DNA of 64,000 nucleotides from Arsenophonus sp. (GTDB lineage Bacteria; Pseudomonadota; Gammaproteobacteria; Enterobacterales; Enterobacteriaceae): NCBI GenBank assembly GCA_052401645.1, contig CP198939.1, positions 1,227,651 to 1,291,650 of the forward strand, read 5' to 3'. Shown piece by piece: positions 61,806 to 64,000 of this stretch (position 1 is its first letter; each line of letters starts with the position of its first letter). The notes under the pieces were generated by a model. It saw only the letters and a program-made list of their open reading frames with translations, ran no database searches and was not told where the DNA came from. The position numbers and the translations under genes were made by a program.

Positions 61806-63609
61806 GAAATTTTCTGTTATCAACATAAGTAATAACTTTAAAAAAACAAAATCATAAAAATTAACTTAACATAAATATATTAAAATAATCTTGTAAATAT
61901 TTTCAAAAAATATATATATGTATTTAAAATTTAAAATATTTAATTAAATACTATAATTATTAATTAAGATTAAATCTTATATCTATAAAATAGAGATGTT
62001 ATACAAACTTAAAACACTAAATATATAATAACTTTATTTGAAATAATATCTTATTACCATAAGAAATTAAAAAAAATTTTTAATATATTAATAAAAAAAA
62101 TAAAAAATATTTCTAAATACTTTTCCTATACCTTCAAAATTATAAAAGATAACTTTTGTTTTTATTATATAATATTATTTTTTGATAAATATAACTATAA
62201 TAATAAATTATAAGTAAAATTTACTTTTTATATTATAATTTACTTAATACGATTTTATAATCGATACTAAAATTTCAAAAATAATTTTTAATTTCATAAA
62301 TATTTTATTTTTACATTATAATTTAATCTTCTTTCTTGAATGCAAAATATTTAATAAAATATTATATGAAAATTAAATAATATATATTTTATCAACTTTT
62401 TAGTAAAAAGGATTTTTGTTAAACAACACTTTATTATTTAAAAATATTTTTTGCTAAATAAATATTTAAATACATAAGACGATTAGATTTAAAAATTTTA
62501 AAAAATATTAAAAATATATTTTAAAATATTAAAAGATAGAAAATTTAAAAAGTTATTAACTATTATAGAAAAATCTAAAATGTTTTTTCTTTCCTTAATT
62601 AAAAATATTAATTAATATAATGTTACAATTTATATTTCTATACAAATTTAATGTGATAGATTATAAAATCAAATTATATATTATTTAAATTAAAGAATTA
62701 TCTTAAAGTTAAGAAAATTAACTTAAAATTTATAATTCCAATATTTAAATTATAAAATTAATTAAATAATTTTATCTAGTTTATATTAGATAATATATAT
62801 AAAATTGTTAATATGTTATCAATTGATAATTGATAATAATTTATATTTTTTAACAATTCTAATCACATAAATTTAAGGTAAATATTTCATCATATTGACT
62901 AGATACATAATATCAATTACATAAAGATTACGTCCATATATACTAATATTGAATAAATATATAAATATTTTTTATTAACATCAATTATTAATAATTTTTA
63001 TAAAATTGATAATACAAAAGATACACTCTCAATTTTTCTATAATAATTCATTTTGAATATAATATTAGTAATAAGTTTATAAACACAACTCAATTTAAAT
63101 ATTTTAGAATATATAAATAAAATTAAATAAACAAAAATTTTTATCAATCAAATATCCTCATATAATGTATTAAATAAATGATTCAATTATAAAACATAAT
63201 TGATTTTCTAAATTCTTTTTATAATATAATTTTTAGATTAGTAAGATTTTTTTATAATTCTTTTTATTATTAAATAATTAATAGTAAGTAAATATTTACT
63301 TACTTATACTGAATAACTTTTCAGAAAAAAATAAAATTAGATAAAAAATGTTATTTTTTAGTTTATATATTATATAATTTAAAATTGAATATTTTATTTA
63401 ATTTATATTATATAAGTATAAATTAGATTAATTTAAAACTTTTATAAAACTAAAATACTTTAATTTATGATATTTTAATCATCTTTATATAAATATTATA
63501 TATTAATTTTATTATTAAATAAATAAAAAAAATTTTTTTAACTATCAAAATAAATATGAAATTATTATTGTAATTTATTGTTATTCTATATATTGTAGTG
63601 TTTAGTTTT

Positions 63610-63658
63610 TTATTAATATTAAAATATAAATTAATTATTTATATTTTAATATTAATAA
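63610..63658. repeat. perfect 22-bp inverted repeat with a 5-nt loop (49-nt A/T hairpin)
   Basis: Checked base by base: 63610-63631 (ttattaatattaaaatataaat) is the exact reverse complement of 63637-63658. Confidence 0.95.
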
Positions 63659-64000
63659 GTAATATAAATATATATCAAATTTAATTTTGATAAAGAAAAT
63701 AATAATCCTTTTATATAAATAAATATCTATAAAAATTAATTTATTTATTAAAAATATTATTTTTTATTTTATAGTTATTTAATTTTACTAAGATAATTGT
63801 AATCATAAATTTATTTTTTTGAAACTTATTTGATATTATAAAATATAAATATTCAAATATAATTTATTTTTAATTATAATTTATGAAAAAGAAATTTATT
63901 ATTGTTAATAATTAATATTTATGATAAAACTCTAAAAAATAAATTTATATACTTTATATTAAAATTAATATTCAATTTATAATAAAAATGTTATATAGAA

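Noticed and set aside
61806-64000. Genomic island or prophage integrated at the 3' end of ssrA, a classic att site
   Set aside because: The 2.2 kb downstream contain no integrase or any other ORF. I found no second copy of the ssrA 3' segment (ttcaactcccaccagctcca) that would mark an attR. If an island was ever here, it has fully decayed.
1-64000. CRISPR array or regular tandem-repeat array
   Set aside because: I saw only short, low-complexity A/T duplications, for example a 10-mer x2 at 33511-33530, 10604-10623 and 42268-42287, and an 11-mer x2 near 4585. There are no regularly spaced repeats of at least 20 nt and no cas genes.

Overview
This 64-kb window is extremely A+T-rich and looks like part of a host-restricted, genome-eroded Enterobacterales-type gammaproteobacterial symbiont. 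I cannot name the organism from sequence alone.

By my hand sum, only about 25.5 kb (~40%) is recognisable gene. About 37.9 kb lies in 13 spacers of 0.8-7.4 kb with no ORF in the supplied track. I estimate spacer G+C by eye at ~10-13%, against ~30-38% in genes.

From iscS onward the surviving genes keep the E. coli K-12 order of the isc-to-ssrA region; serS comes first, 7.4 kb from iscS, and is not isc-linked in E. coli: serS / iscS - suhB - glyA - nadE - purL - tadA - yfhL - acpS - pdxJ - [recO gone] - era - rnc - lepB - lepA - [rseCBA gone] - rpoE - ... - ung - grpE - nadK - [recN gone] - bamE - ratB - ratA - smpB - ssrA (tmRNA).

The one block outside that backbone is an intact four-gene chaperone-usher pilus operon at 48844-53406. 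It encodes an atypically large subunit, a PapD-like chaperone, an usher, and a second paralogous subunit that lacks an N-terminal donor strand. It is flanked by kilobases of dead DNA and is the most interesting locus here.

Other points:
- rpoE is orphaned (its anti-sigma genes are eroded) and still has a sigma-E-like promoter.
- iscS is orphaned and shortened at the C-terminus.
- grpE keeps a sigma-32-type promoter.
- The tmRNA gene does not encode its CCA end.
- The spacers hold a marked excess of long, perfect, sequence-unique A/T hairpin palindromes, with stems up to 22 bp.

I saw no rRNA, tRNA, CRISPR, IS/transposase or prophage genes.
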